A DNA stretch of 32,000 bases from Nitrososphaera viennensis EN76 (lineage in GTDB: Archaea; Thermoproteota; Nitrososphaeria; Nitrososphaerales; Nitrososphaeraceae), in assembly GCF_000698785.1 (NCBI RefSeq), contig NZ_CP007536.1:840001-872000 (forward strand). Direction: 5' to 3'. Positions within the stretch are counted from its first letter, which is position 1, and each line of letters begins with the position of its first letter. Positions 31,849 through 32,000 of the stretch are shown here, one piece after another. The notes beneath the pieces are model-generated. The model made no database searches. It was not told the origin of the DNA and saw only the letters and a program-made list of their open reading frames with translations. The position numbers and the translations under genes were made by a program.

Positions 31849-32000
31849 GTTGATAGTCCAGCACGAGGCCCATGTCGAGCCAAGCTCGAGATTCGAGATA
31901 CTAGAGAACCTCGAAAAACTTGGCGTAAACCCCGAGATGCTTGACCAGTTGTCAATTCCTGCGCTGAACCACCTGCTAAAGACGCTCCAGAAGGCAGCAA
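31849..32000 (+). CDS. Possible 5' end of a CDS running off the window (unknown product)
   Basis: My manual translation starts at TTG 31849, with an in-frame stop at 31840..31842 and AGGAGG about 12 nt upstream. It gives LIVQHEAHVEPSSRFEILENLEKLGVNPEMLDQLSIPALNHLLKTLQKAA.... The sequence looks protein-like, but the opposite strand is also open here. Confidence 0.2.

Noticed and set aside
1-32000. Search for tRNA, rRNA and CRISPR arrays
   Set aside because: No cloverleaf-like segments (no T-arm GTTCGAATC-type boxes), no rRNA-like conserved stretches and no regularly spaced direct repeats were seen. This was visual inspection only, so small ncRNAs cannot be excluded.

Overview
The window reads as a GC-rich archaeal chromosomal segment. 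Archaellum genes, an archaeal histone, ribosomal protein eS17 and KEOPS/t6A genes support this. A thaumarchaeal (Nitrososphaera-like) origin is only a low-confidence guess from gene content.

Region 1 (1-12.7 kb) is a motility locus:
- A partial, divergently oriented arlI/flaI-like 5' end lies at the left edge.
- A TrmB-like regulator follows it.
- The plus-strand operon is arlB1, arlB2, a chimeric ArlX/ArlCDE-like protein, arlG, arlF, arlH and arlJ.
- A separately promoted five-gene module follows: small protein, wHTH, single-domain KaiC-like ATPase, polytopic membrane protein, small secreted protein.
- A second TrmB-like paralogue, a Zn-ribbon ORF and the class III signal peptidase (FlaK/PibD type) close the locus.

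Region 2 (12.7-23.6 kb) is housekeeping:
- Gfo/Idh/MocA oxidoreductase, PPOX-like flavoprotein, AMP-forming acetyl-CoA synthetase and an orphan Dam-type methyltransferase.
- An archaeal histone, a TatD hydrolase and eS17.
- A MoaD/ThiS-like Ubl fused to Cgi121, a THUMP protein, a short TsaC/Sua5 and a hydantoinase/oxoprolinase-family protein.

Region 3 (23.6-32 kb) looks accessory and is visibly more AT-rich in places:
- An IS6-like DDE transposase with an N-terminal SWIM finger.
- A translationally coupled small-gene cassette: AbrB-like protein, two unknowns and a start-less nuclease-like ORF.
- A diverged 5'-truncated second transposase copy.
- A run of small ligand-sensing or DNA-binding regulators (V4R, Lrp/AsnC, wHTH, extended Lrp-like) and a short nucleotide-sugar dehydrogenase.

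I found no tRNA, rRNA or CRISPR array.

The best candidates for something undescribed are:
- the KaiC-like/wHTH/membrane module attached to the archaellum operon;
- the hybrid ArlX/ArlCDE-like protein, together with the displaced arlI;
- the Ubl-Cgi121 fusion;
- the IS-flanked cassette with its four-fold TAGG-NN-CCTA operator-like array.

All functional calls rest on motif recognition by eye from the supplied translations. No database search was run.
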